DNA of 22,159 bases. Source: a bacterium (GTDB lineage Bacteria > Zhuqueibacterota > Zhuqueibacteria > Oceanimicrobiales > Oceanimicrobiaceae). The stretch covers positions 1-22,159 of the forward strand of contig JBHHXN010000085.1 in NCBI GenBank assembly GCA_046757025.1, in the 5' to 3' direction. Each line of letters opens with the position of its first letter. The first letter of the stretch is position 1. Shown one piece after another: positions 1 through 8,463 of the stretch. The position numbers and the translations under genes are program-made. The notes below the pieces were generated by a model. The model was given only the letters and a program-made list of their open reading frames with translations, ran no database searches and was not told the DNA's origin.

Positions 1-600
1 GAACCAACAGCATCTTATCATACAAAAAAACCGAATATCGATCAGAAAATTTATGAATTATTAACTCAAACCTACGGCAAAAAACCATCGCCCGAACAGA
101 TTTTCTACTACCTCTACGCCGTCCTCTACGCCAACACCTACCGCACCCAATACGCTGAATTCCTGAAAATCGATTTTCCGCGCGTGCCGTTCACTACAAA
201 TTACGCGCAGTTTATAAAAATGGGAAAATATGGCCAGAAGCTGGTGGATTTACACCTGCTGCAATCAAATGAGCTCAAGATGACTTCTGTCAGATTTGAG
301 GGCCAGGGCGGCAACAAAGTGGAGCAGGTGCGCTATGAGGCAAATCGAGTTTATGTCAATCAAAACCAATATTTCGCAAAGGTGGCAAAAGACATCTGGG
401 AATACCAGATCGGCGGCTATCAGGTTTGCCACAAATGGTTAAAAGACCGAAAAGGCAGACCACTTTCACTTGAAGATATCAAACATTACTGTAAGGTCGT
501 CACCGCGCTGCAAAAAACCATTGACATTCAAACAGAAATTGATAAACTTTACCCGCAATTGGAAAAAGAAGTCATTGATTTTAATCGGATATCATTTTAA
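1..600 (+). CDS. C-terminal fragment of a type ISP-like restriction-modification enzyme (specificity domain); 5' end lies outside the window
   Basis: Frame 1 is open from base 1: EPTASYHTKKPNIDQKIYELLTQTYGKKPSPEQIFYYLYAVLYANTYRTQYAEFLKIDFPRVPF... then ...WEYQIGGYQVCHKWLKDRKGR. The IFYY.YAVL...YR..YAEFLKIDFPR.P and W.Y.IGGYQV..KWLKDRKGR motifs are typical of type ISP / N6-MTase C-terminal domains. Stop TAA at 598-600. Confidence 0.85.
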   Translation, partial: EPTASYHTKKPNIDQKIYELLTQTYGKKPSPEQIFYYLYAVLYANTYRTQYAEFLKIDFPRVPFTTNYAQFIKMGKYGQKLVDLHLLQSNELKMTSVRFEGQGGNKVEQVRYEANRVYVNQNQYFAKVAKDIWEYQIGGYQVCHKWLKDRKGRPLSLEDIKHYCKVVTALQKTIDIQTEIDKLYPQLEKEVIDFNRISF

Positions 601-627
601 CTATCAAATAAACATGGAGGGAGAATC

Positions 628-984
628 ATGGAAGAGCAGCTTTATTACTACCAGTCCCGAGTCATCAATGTGTACGACGGCGACACGGTGCGCGCGGACA
701 TCGACCTCGGTCTGAGTGTGTGGGTAAACAACGAAAAACTACGCTTGGCGCGCATCAATGCCCCGGAATTACGCGGTGAGGAAAGAGAAGCCGGCCTGGC
801 CGCCAGGGATTTTTTGAGAAGCCAGGTTCTGGACAAAGAGATCATCGTGGAAACCCTGAAAGATCGGAAAGGCAAATATGGACGCTATCTGGCCGAGCTC
901 TGGGTAAAAGGCGAAGACGGCGAATATTTGAACGTCAACGATTTGATGGTACAAAAAGGGCACGCTAAATATCAAGCTTATTAG
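628..984 (+). CDS. Thermonuclease (SNase-like) family protein, no signal peptide
   Basis: Motifs VYDGDT, LRLARINAPE, KYGRYLA and NDLMVQKGHA; RBS GGAGG upstream of the ATG. Confidence 0.9.
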   Translation: MEEQLYYYQSRVINVYDGDTVRADIDLGLSVWVNNEKLRLARINAPELRGEEREAGLAARDFLRSQVLDKEIIVETLKDRKGKYGRYLAELWVKGEDGEYLNVNDLMVQKGHAKYQAY

Positions 985-1112
985 CTGCGCCGGCCTGGAT
1001 GAAAACATGCCTTACCCAAGAACGCAGTAAAGGAACCATTGAAATATGTGGCTGATTCCGTTGATTCAGGTCCATGCTCGGTCAGTGACTCAATGAATCC
1101 TTGAATTATTTA

Positions 1113-1258
1113 GTGTCCATCCGTCATCGTCATTCCCGAGTGCTCCCTGCTTCAAACATGCAGGGACAAGCTCATCGGGAATCTCGTGCCTAACGGACCA
1201 ATGGATTCCCGCTTAAAGATGCGGGAATGACAAAAAAAGGCTCTTTACGGATGGACAC
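1113..1258. mobile_element. MITE-like non-coding element containing a REP-like palindrome doublet
   Basis: Terminal inverted repeats GTGTCCATCCGT (1113-1124) / ACGGATGGACAC (1247-1258), flanked by the direct repeat TATTTA (1107-1112 and 1259-1264). Internal inverted pair GTCATTCCCG (1129-1138) / CGGGAATGAC (1222-1231). Confidence 0.75.
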
Positions 1259-1352
1259 TATTTAGTCTCGAATAACCGTCGCAACGACCGTTCGCGTACA
1301 GAAAAACTCAGATTACTACTCTACAAAAATAATTATCGAGTTAAGGACATAC

Positions 1353-1595
1353 ATGGAATATAACCAGGAAAATCGTCGTTCTCAGCAAAAGGCCAGACCT
1401 GTTATAAAACGCATTCTGAAACCCAGAATAATCCAGGAATGGACCGCGATCTGGAAAGAGCAGGGCTTTCGTGGGTTTGTAAAACAAAAAGGCTGGAAAA
1501 TTGTCATCGCCATTTTCGTGTTTTATTTAATCCGCGATTCATTTTTGTATTTGCTCCTGCCCTATTTAGCGGCTCGCGGTTTGATTTGTAAATGA
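1353..1595 (+). CDS. Small basic membrane protein, unknown function
   Basis: 80-aa ORF with AAGGA RBS and a hydrophobic C-terminus (GWKIVIAIFVFYLIRDSFLYLLLPYL); ends 33 bp before the thiolase. Confidence 0.7.
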   Translation: MEYNQENRRSQQKARPVIKRILKPRIIQEWTAIWKEQGFRGFVKQKGWKIVIAIFVFYLIRDSFLYLLLPYLAARGLICK

Positions 1596-1628
1596 TACTA
1601 AAAAATAATCGAGAAAGGAAAAACACAG

Positions 1629-2882
1629 ATGACGAATGAATCGACGCGAGTGGCGGTCATCGCGGGCGCACGCACGCCATTTGTAAAAGCCGGCACGCGA
1701 TTTAAAAACTATTCTTCGCTGGACCTGGCCGTACATTCGGTGAATGGGTTGATAGAAAAACACCGTATCGATCCCCTCACCGTGGACGAGCTGGTGTACG
1801 GCATCGTGATTCATAATCCGCATGTTCCCAATATCGCACGCGAAATTGTGTTCAACACGTCGCTGCCCGCTACCGTTCGGGCACACACGGTTTCCAACAA
1901 CTGCATCACCGGCATCCATGCCATCACCGCTATTTACGATTCCATTTTGAACGGCCGCACCGAGATCGGGATCGCCGGCGGCACGGAATCCATGTCAAAT
2001 CCACCGCTGCTCTTCGGTAAAAAAATCTCCCGGCACTTTCTGGATGCTGCCATGGCAAAATCATTGGGCACGCGCCTGGCCAATTTTGCCAAAATACGGC
2101 CCTGGCATTTTAAGCCGTCGGCGCCGGCCATCGCCGAGCCTTCCACGGGCTTGACCATGGGTGAGCATACCGAAATCATGGTCAAAGAATGGCAGATCAC
2201 CCGCGAGGAGCAGGATGAGATCGCCTATCGAAGCCACAAAAATGCCCATGCGGCCACCGAAGATGGCCGATTAAAAGCGGAAATATTTCCGTTGGAAGGG
2301 CTCGAATCCGATCTGCTTATTCGCGGCGACACCACGTTGGAAAAATTAGCCAAACTGCCGCCGGTGTTCGACCCTAGTGACAGAGGCACTATTACCGCTG
2401 GTAATTCCAGTCCGCTCACCGACGGCGCTTCGGCGGTGCTGCTGATGTCTGAGTCCCGCGCTAAAGCCGAAGGACGCGAACCGCTGGCATTCATCCGCGC
2501 TTTCGAATACGCGGCCATCGACCCCGATGACGGTTTGCTGATGGCGCCGGCTGTGGCCGTTCCGAGGCTGCTGCAGAAAACCGGCCTGAAGCTGTCTGAT
2601 ATGGCCATCGTGGAAATTCACGAGGCCTTTGGCGCTCAGGTAGCCTGCAACCTGCGAGCCTGGGAACAGGGTTGGAAAGAAGAGGCCATTGGCGCCGTGG
2701 AAGAAAACCGCTTGAATCCCCTGGGCAGCTCCATTGCGGTGGGGCATCCGTTTGCCGCAACCGGCGGACGCATCGTGACCACGCTGGCCAACGAAATGAA
2801 AAGACAGGAATTGAAATACGGACTGATCAGCATTTGTGCCGCCGGCGCCATGGCCGCCGCGATGATTTTAGAACGGAATTAA
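1629..2882 (+). CDS. Acetyl-CoA C-acyltransferase (3-ketoacyl-CoA thiolase), FadI / trifunctional-enzyme beta-subunit type
   Basis: Motifs GARTPF, NNCITG (nucleophile Cys), NSSPLTDGASA, EIHEAF (HEAF subtype), GHPFAATG and ICAAG. Confidence 0.92.
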   Translation: MTNESTRVAVIAGARTPFVKAGTRFKNYSSLDLAVHSVNGLIEKHRIDPLTVDELVYGIVIHNPHVPNIAREIVFNTSLPATVRAHTVSNNCITGIHAITAIYDSILNGRTEIGIAGGTESMSNPPLLFGKKISRHFLDAAMAKSLGTRLANFAKIRPWHFKPSAPAIAEPSTGLTMGEHTEIMVKEWQITREEQDEIAYRSHKNAHAATEDGRLKAEIFPLEGLESDLLIRGDTTLEKLAKLPPVFDPSDRGTITAGNSSPLTDGASAVLLMSESRAKAEGREPLAFIRAFEYAAIDPDDGLLMAPAVAVPRLLQKTGLKLSDMAIVEIHEAFGAQVACNLRAWEQGWKEEAIGAVEENRLNPLGSSIAVGHPFAATGGRIVTTLANEMKRQELKYGLISICAAGAMAAAMILERN

Positions 2883-3033
2883 ATAACTCAAGTTTCGCAC
2901 TTTGATAATTTAAACAAAAACAAATAAGGTCAAGCTGATGAATGAGTATTTAAGCAATTAATATTAAAGATATTACAGTAATATTTCAAAATAAGTGTGA
3001 TATAGTAGTTATTTAAAACTTCTAACTTTTTTA

Positions 3034-3116
3034 TTTAACGCAGAGGCGCAAAGGACGCAGAGAAAAATATCTCTCTCTGCGAAACTCTCTGCGATCTCGG
3101 CGGCCTCTGCGTTAAA
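3034..3116. repeat. GC-rich palindromic repeat (CGCAGAG-type) within an AT-rich intergenic region
   Basis: Perfect 14-bp inverted repeat TTTAACGCAGAGGC (3034-3047) / GCCTCTGCGTTAAA (3103-3116). Inner CGCAGAGA (3056-3063) can pair with TCTCTGCG at 3074-3081 or 3086-3093. Confidence 0.75.
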
Positions 3117-3328
3117 ATCAAAGTTTTTATTTTAGAATCCAGTGCTTTGGTGCAAAACGTTTTCTGCATAGTAAATCAAAAAGTCGATGTAAAAATGACT
3201 TTTTAAATAAATGGCTAAATGCTAATATTTTGGAATTTTTGTAACTAAAGATATTATAAAGCATTATGTGAATTCAAGTTAAGAAAAATACATTAGAAAC
3301 AATTGATTACCTAACTGCGAAACTTGAG

Positions 3329-4084
3329 TTAAATAAGATATAAATTGCGCAAGGCCTGGTGGGCGGCCAGTTGTTCAGCACGTTTTTTGCTGGTGGCGGT
3401 ACCCAGGCCCAGAACGTCGCTCTGAATTTTCACTTTTATGGTGAAGACTTTTTCGTGATCCGGGCCTTCTGTGGATTCCAATTGATAGCAGGGGGTTCCT
3501 AAATTTTGACTTTGCGCGTACTCCAAAAGCATGCTTTTGAAATTCGTATGCAGATCGGTAGAAATGATTTCGTCAAAATTGCAGAGAATCTTTTGTTCAA
3601 TGAATTCCCGAGCGAACTCAATGCCGCCATCGAGGTAAATCGCTCCGATGATGGCTTCCAAGGCGTCGGAATTTATAGAAGCCCGGCGCCGCCCGCCCGA
3701 CTTTTCCTCTGATTCGCTCAGCAGTAAAAATTGCCCCAAATTCATTGCCCGTGCAATTTTCGCCAGAATTCTTCTGCTGACGATAAGCGATTTCATGCTG
3801 GTGAGTTCCCCTTCTTCTTTATTTGGGAACCGTTTAAAAAGGAACTCAACCACCACCATCCCTAATACCGCATCTCCCAGCAGTTCCAGTCGTTCATTGG
3901 ACAAGATTCGATCCTCGTTAGTTAGCGGAAGATAGGAGCGATGTTTTAGAGCCTGTACAAATAAATCCTGATCATGAAAATTGTAGCTCAGAATTTCCCT
4001 GAGGGCTTCAAAATCAATTTGATGGTTCAGGTATGGAGAATTTGTAAAAATGTTTTTGAGATGGAATTTCAGCCAGTTGAACAT
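3329..4084 (-). CDS. rnc: Ribonuclease III
   Basis: ALKHRS, NERLELLGDAVL, SDALEAIIGAIYLDGG and a C-terminal dsRBD (NFKSMLLEY...GPDHEKVF...SKKRAEQLAA). ATG at 4084 chosen; TTG at 4099 is an alternative start. Confidence 0.95.
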   Translation of the reverse strand: MFNWLKFHLKNIFTNSPYLNHQIDFEALREILSYNFHDQDLFVQALKHRSYLPLTNEDRILSNERLELLGDAVLGMVVVEFLFKRFPNKEEGELTSMKSLIVSRRILAKIARAMNLGQFLLLSESEEKSGGRRRASINSDALEAIIGAIYLDGGIEFAREFIEQKILCNFDEIISTDLHTNFKSMLLEYAQSQNLGTPCYQLESTEGPDHEKVFTIKVKIQSDVLGLGTATSKKRAEQLAAHQALRNLYLI

Positions 4085-4123
4085 ACCAGAATTATACAAC
4101 GATTAGATTAGAAATCCGTCAAA

Positions 4124-5380
4124 CTACGTGCTGTACTTCTTAATTACAGCAGACACATTGTGACCTCCAAAACCAAATGAATTGGAAATGGCTGTATTAA
4201 CTTGACGCTTTTGGAATTCATTTGCGGTGGTATTCAGGTCGCATTCGGGATCGGGTTCTTCCTGATTGATGGTTGGATGTACCACATTTTCATTAATGGT
4301 CAAAACCGTCACGATAAATTCCAATCCACCCGATGCCCCCAGCAAATGCCCGACCAAGGATTTTGTTGAGTTGATATTCAGTTTATAGGCATGGTCACTA
4401 AAAACGGTTTTGATGGCCTTGATTTCTGCGATATCGCCATGAGGCGTAGAAGTGCCATGCGTATTAATATAATCGATTTCCTGAGGTTCGATTCCCGCAT
4501 CTTGAATGGCCTTTTTCATGGCGCTCACAGCCCCTTCGCCGTTTGGCGCCGGGGCAGTAATATGATAGGCGTCGGCTGTGTAACCCACACCGCCTACTTC
4601 GGCATAAATTTCAGCGCCGCGATTCAACGCATGCTCCAGGCTTTCCAGAACGATGATGCCAGCGCCTTCACCCATGACAAAACCATCGCGGTTTTTATCA
4701 AACGGCCGGCTGGCTTTTTGTGGGGCGTCGTTGCGGGTAGAAAGCGCTTTCATGGCGTTAAACCCACCGATACCCAAAGGGGTTATAGTGGCCTCTGCGC
4801 CTCCGCAGAGCATGACATCGGCATCCCCCCTCTGGATATTTCTGAAAGCTTCGCCGATGGCATGAGAGCTGGAAGCGCAGGCAGAAACCGTAGAAAAATT
4901 CGGTCCTTTCAAGCCATATCGAATTGAAATGTATCCTGGAGCAATATCCGAAATAAGCATCGGGATAAAAAAAGGACTGATGCGTTTGGGCCCCTTTTCA
5001 AATAGTGTGCGGGATTGCCTTTCAAACGTTTCCATTCCGCCGATGCCGGAACTCACGATGACGCCGATTCGGTCCCTATCAAGAGAGTCAAAGTTCAAGT
5101 TGGCATCCTTGACAGCCAATTCCGAACCCGCGATAGCATATTGTGTGAACAGGTCCATCCGTCGCGCTTCTTTGCGATCGATAAAATCTTCGGGATTGAA
5201 GTCTTTGATTTCACCGGCAAACTTGGTGTCAAAATCGCCGGTATCAAACTTCTCGATAAAATCGATCCCGCTTTTGCCAGCTATCAAATTCTGCCATAAT
5301 TCAGACAACTCATGACCCAAAGTTGAAACCACTCCCATACCTGTCACGACGACTCGATTCATAGTTCGATTGTTATTCAT
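4124..5380 (-). CDS. fabF: Beta-ketoacyl-ACP synthase II
   Basis: RVVVTGMG, VSACASS (catalytic Cys), NTHGTST, KSLVGHLLGA and NSFGFGGHN. Alternative ATG at 5362. Confidence 0.96.
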   Translation of the reverse strand: MNNNRTMNRVVVTGMGVVSTLGHELSELWQNLIAGKSGIDFIEKFDTGDFDTKFAGEIKDFNPEDFIDRKEARRMDLFTQYAIAGSELAVKDANLNFDSLDRDRIGVIVSSGIGGMETFERQSRTLFEKGPKRISPFFIPMLISDIAPGYISIRYGLKGPNFSTVSACASSSHAIGEAFRNIQRGDADVMLCGGAEATITPLGIGGFNAMKALSTRNDAPQKASRPFDKNRDGFVMGEGAGIIVLESLEHALNRGAEIYAEVGGVGYTADAYHITAPAPNGEGAVSAMKKAIQDAGIEPQEIDYINTHGTSTPHGDIAEIKAIKTVFSDHAYKLNINSTKSLVGHLLGASGGLEFIVTVLTINENVVHPTINQEEPDPECDLNTTANEFQKRQVNTAISNSFGFGGHNVSAVIKKYST

Positions 5381-5437
5381 AAGTTCTGCCGTACTCAGAT
5401 TGATTAAAGATGAGTTCCGCCATTAACAATTCATTTC

Positions 5438-5680
5438 TTATTCTTTATCGGCTAATTTCTTTTCCAGATATTCCACAGCCAGGCCGACGGTGGTCAGCTT
5501 TTCTGCGTCTTCGTCCGGGATTTCAATTTCAAACTCTTCTTCAAAAGCCATCACTAATTCCACCGTGTCCAATGAATCTGCACCCAAATCATCTATGAAA
5601 GAAGCTTCGTTTTTTACTTCTTTTTCATCAACACCTAACTGATCGACGATGATTTCTTTTACCTTATCTTGCAGTGCCAT
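5438..5680 (-). CDS. acpP: Acyl carrier protein
   Basis: [21 protein letters not shown]; strong AGGAGGAG RBS. Confidence 0.98.
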   Translation of the reverse strand: MALQDKVKEIIVDQLGVDEKEVKNEASFIDDLGADSLDTVELVMAFEEEFEIEIPDEDAEKLTTVGLAVEYLEKKLADKE

Positions 5681-5769
5681 TTAATTCTCCTCCTTTTTTC
5701 CTAAAAAAATGACCAATTATTTCGTTCGTGTTTTAGATTTATTACAATTAAATCAAGCTGTTTTCAAAT

Positions 5770-6516
5770 TTATGACATCACCATTCCACCGTCCACATTG
5801 ATTACCTGGCCGGTGATATAATTTGCTTCATCCGACGCCAGAAAAGCCACCAAGGCGGCCACGTCTTCCGGTTCTCCAATGCGGCCCGCAGGTATGGCGG
5901 CCACCAGATTTTTTTGTGCTTCTTCCAGCAAATTAGACGTCATGTCCGTGGCGATAAAACCCGGAGCCACAGCATTCACCTGAACATTTCTTGCTGCCAA
6001 CTCTCTCGCCACCGATTTGGTCAACCCGATCACACCCGCTTTGGAAGCGCAATAATTTGCCTGACCTGGGTTGCCGATGATTCCCACCACAGAGGTGATA
6101 TTGATGATTTTCCCCTGTCGTTGTTTCATGAAACTTTTTGTCGCCGCTCGAATGCAGTTAAACGTGCCTTTTAAGTTAACTGACAGCGTTTGGTGCCATT
6201 CTTCCTGACTCATGCGCACCAGCAGATTATCCCGCGTAACGCCGGCGTTGTTCACCAGAATATCGATTTTTGAAAACCGCTCCAAGGTGTTTTTGATGAG
6301 CGCTTCCACCTGCGGCATTTGCGCGACATCTACCGCTTGTGCCAGCGTTTTTTGACCAAGCCGCTCAATTTCGCCGGCGACTTTATTCGCCCCTTCTAAG
6401 GTGGTAGCGGTAACCACCACGTGTGCGCCATCGTGTGCTAATCGCAACGCAATGGCTCGTCCAATTCCCCGGGAAGCTCCGGTTACAATGGCGACTTTCT
6501 CTTGCAGTTTTTTCAT
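5770..6516 (-). CDS. fabG: 3-oxoacyl-ACP reductase
   Basis: TGASRGIG, NNAGVTRD, YCASK and VAPGFIATDMT; located in the fab cluster. Confidence 0.96.
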   Translation of the reverse strand: MKKLQEKVAIVTGASRGIGRAIALRLAHDGAHVVVTATTLEGANKVAGEIERLGQKTLAQAVDVAQMPQVEALIKNTLERFSKIDILVNNAGVTRDNLLVRMSQEEWHQTLSVNLKGTFNCIRAATKSFMKQRQGKIINITSVVGIIGNPGQANYCASKAGVIGLTKSVARELAARNVQVNAVAPGFIATDMTSNLLEEAQKNLVAAIPAGRIGEPEDVAALVAFLASDEANYITGQVINVDGGMVMS

Positions 6517-6530
6517 AACGTGAATAGATA

Positions 6531-7448
6531 TTAAATTTTTTCCAAACTTTCAACTGAATTTATGGCCCGGCCCACGGCCTGCCGGTCAATTCTCCTCAGC
6601 AGTCCAGTTAAAACCGAACCCGGACCGATTTCGTAAAAATCCGTGGCGCCATCTTTGAGCATCTTTTGAACGATTTCAATCCAGCGTACCGGACTGGTAA
6701 GCTGCGCACTCAGATTTCGCTTGAGAGCCTCCGGTTCGGTTACTGGCAGCGCATCGACGTTGGAATAAACCGGTATTTTAGCCGGCCGCATATCGATTTC
6801 ATCCAGCGCTTTGTTCAAGCCCTCGCTGGCATAATCCATCAACGGTGAATGAAAGGCTCCGCTCACCACCAGTTGAATGACGCGTTTGGCGCCTTTTTCC
6901 TGTGCCAATGCCATGGCGCGTTCCACTCCGGCCACGGATCCGGATATCACCAGTTGTGTGGGCGAATTCAAATTGGCAATCTGCACGATGCCGGCAGCGC
7001 TGGCTTCTGCACAAACGGCTTTTAAATCATCGGGTTGCAAGCCGATAACGGCAGCCATGGTACCCGGATTGATTTCGCCGGCGCGCTGCATGAGCTCGGC
7101 TCGAACTTTAACCAGAGTCAGCGCATCTTTGAAAGTCAGCGCCTTGGCCGCATAAAGCGCCGTAAATTCACCCAAACTGTGGCCGGCCACCATCGCCGGT
7201 TTGATTTGCTTTTCGTACAACGCATCTACTAACACCGCGCTGTGTACGAAAATAGCTGGCTGGGTGATGCGAGTTTGTTTGAGATCTTCTTCAGGTCCGG
7301 CAAAAGAAAAATTGGCCAAATCAAATCCTAACAGGGAATTGGCCGTTTCATAGACTTCGCGCACATGCTCATATTTCTCATACAGATCTTTGGCCATGCC
7401 GACGAATTGTGAACCCTGCCCGGGAAAAATAAAGGCTTTATTACTGAT
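6531..7448 (-). CDS. fabD: Malonyl-CoA:ACP transacylase; likely start is ATC at 7448 (the ORF-track start at 7544 lies inside fabH)
   Basis: FIFPGQGSQ, TQPAI, GHSLGE, SGAFHS and EIGPG. RBS AGGAG (7462-7458) lies 9 nt before ATC-AGT-AAT-AAA-GCC. Confidence 0.93.
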   Translation of the reverse strand: MSNKAFIFPGQGSQFVGMAKDLYEKYEHVREVYETANSLLGFDLANFSFAGPEEDLKQTRITQPAIFVHSAVLVDALYEKQIKPAMVAGHSLGEFTALYAAKALTFKDALTLVKVRAELMQRAGEINPGTMAAVIGLQPDDLKAVCAEASAAGIVQIANLNSPTQLVISGSVAGVERAMALAQEKGAKRVIQLVVSGAFHSPLMDYASEGLNKALDEIDMRPAKIPVYSNVDALPVTEPEALKRNLSAQLTSPVRWIEIVQKMLKDGATDFYEIGPGSVLTGLLRRIDRQAVGRAINSVESLEKI

Positions 7449-7470
7449 TTTCTTTTTCTCCTGATAAATG

Positions 7471-8463
7471 CTAAATCCGAACCAGCGCGGAACCCCAGGT
7501 GAATCCGCCGCCAAACGCCACCATGATGCACAAATCGCCGGCATTCAATAATCCTCTGGTTATGGCCTCGTTAAGAGCCACAGGAATGGAAGCGGATGAA
7601 GTGTTGCCGAAATCCTGAATATTCACGTACACTTTGTCCTGCGGAAGCTTCAGGCGTTTGGCTGTGGCGTTAATGATGCGGGTGTTCGCTTGATGGGGAA
7701 TCAACAATTTGATCTCATCGGCGGTGACGCCGGTCTGCTCCAGAATGTGAACGGCGGCGTCTCCCATGGCGGTGACGGCGGCTTTGAAAACCTCCGGACC
7801 CTGCATTTTGATGTTGTTTAAATTTTCATTTAAAGCCACTTCTACAGGATAACGCGTTCCGCCGCCCGGCATCCAGAGAAGATGCGCCAGGCGACCATCG
7901 GTTTTAATAAAGGCGCCCAGAACACCGCGGCCGTCGTTTTTTGCGGGGGTCACTACCGCTGCACCGGCGGCGTCGCCAAACAAAACGCAGGTGCCGCGAT
8001 CGTTCCAATCCACGATGCGGGTCAACAGCTCACTGCCTATGATGAGAACATTTTTGCTTTTTCCGGAAGCGATGAATCCATCCGCGATATTCAACGCAAA
8101 AATAAAACCTGAACAGGCTGCTTGAACGTCAAACGCGGCGGCGTTTTCTGCGCCGATTTTTTGCTGAACGTAGCAGGCAGTGGATGGAAACGTGACGTCG
8201 CCAGTTACGGTGGCTACAATGATGGTGTCTAGATCTTCCACCTTCATCTGGGCCTTATCGAGGGCATTCTGCGCTGCGGTTGCAGCCAGATCGGAATTCA
8301 GAGTTTTGTCGTCCACCACATGCCGCACTTTGATGCCGGTTCGTTCCCGAATCCACTGGTCGCTGGTTTCCACCATTTTTTCGAGATCAAAATTCGTGAG
8401 CGTATTATCTGGAATAGCCACGCCGGTGCCTTTTATCATCGAATGAATGTTATTAGTCGCCAT
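7471..8463 (-). CDS. fabH: Beta-ketoacyl-ACP synthase III
   Basis: TSDQWIRERTGI, AACSGF, LFGDAAGA, PHQAN, FGNTSSAS and FGGGFTWG; overlaps plsX by 11 bp. Confidence 0.96.
   Translation of the reverse strand: MATNNIHSMIKGTGVAIPDNTLTNFDLEKMVETSDQWIRERTGIKVRHVVDDKTLNSDLAATAAQNALDKAQMKVEDLDTIIVATVTGDVTFPSTACYVQQKIGAENAAAFDVQAACSGFIFALNIADGFIASGKSKNVLIIGSELLTRIVDWNDRGTCVLFGDAAGAAVVTPAKNDGRGVLGAFIKTDGRLAHLLWMPGGGTRYPVEVALNENLNNIKMQGPEVFKAAVTAMGDAAVHILEQTGVTADEIKLLIPHQANTRIINATAKRLKLPQDKVYVNIQDFGNTSSASIPVALNEAITRGLLNAGDLCIMVAFGGGFTWGSALVRI

Noticed and set aside
7449..7544. N-terminal extension of FabD in the ORF track
   Set aside because: It overlaps fabH out of frame, has no FabD-like character, and lies upstream of a well-placed RBS.
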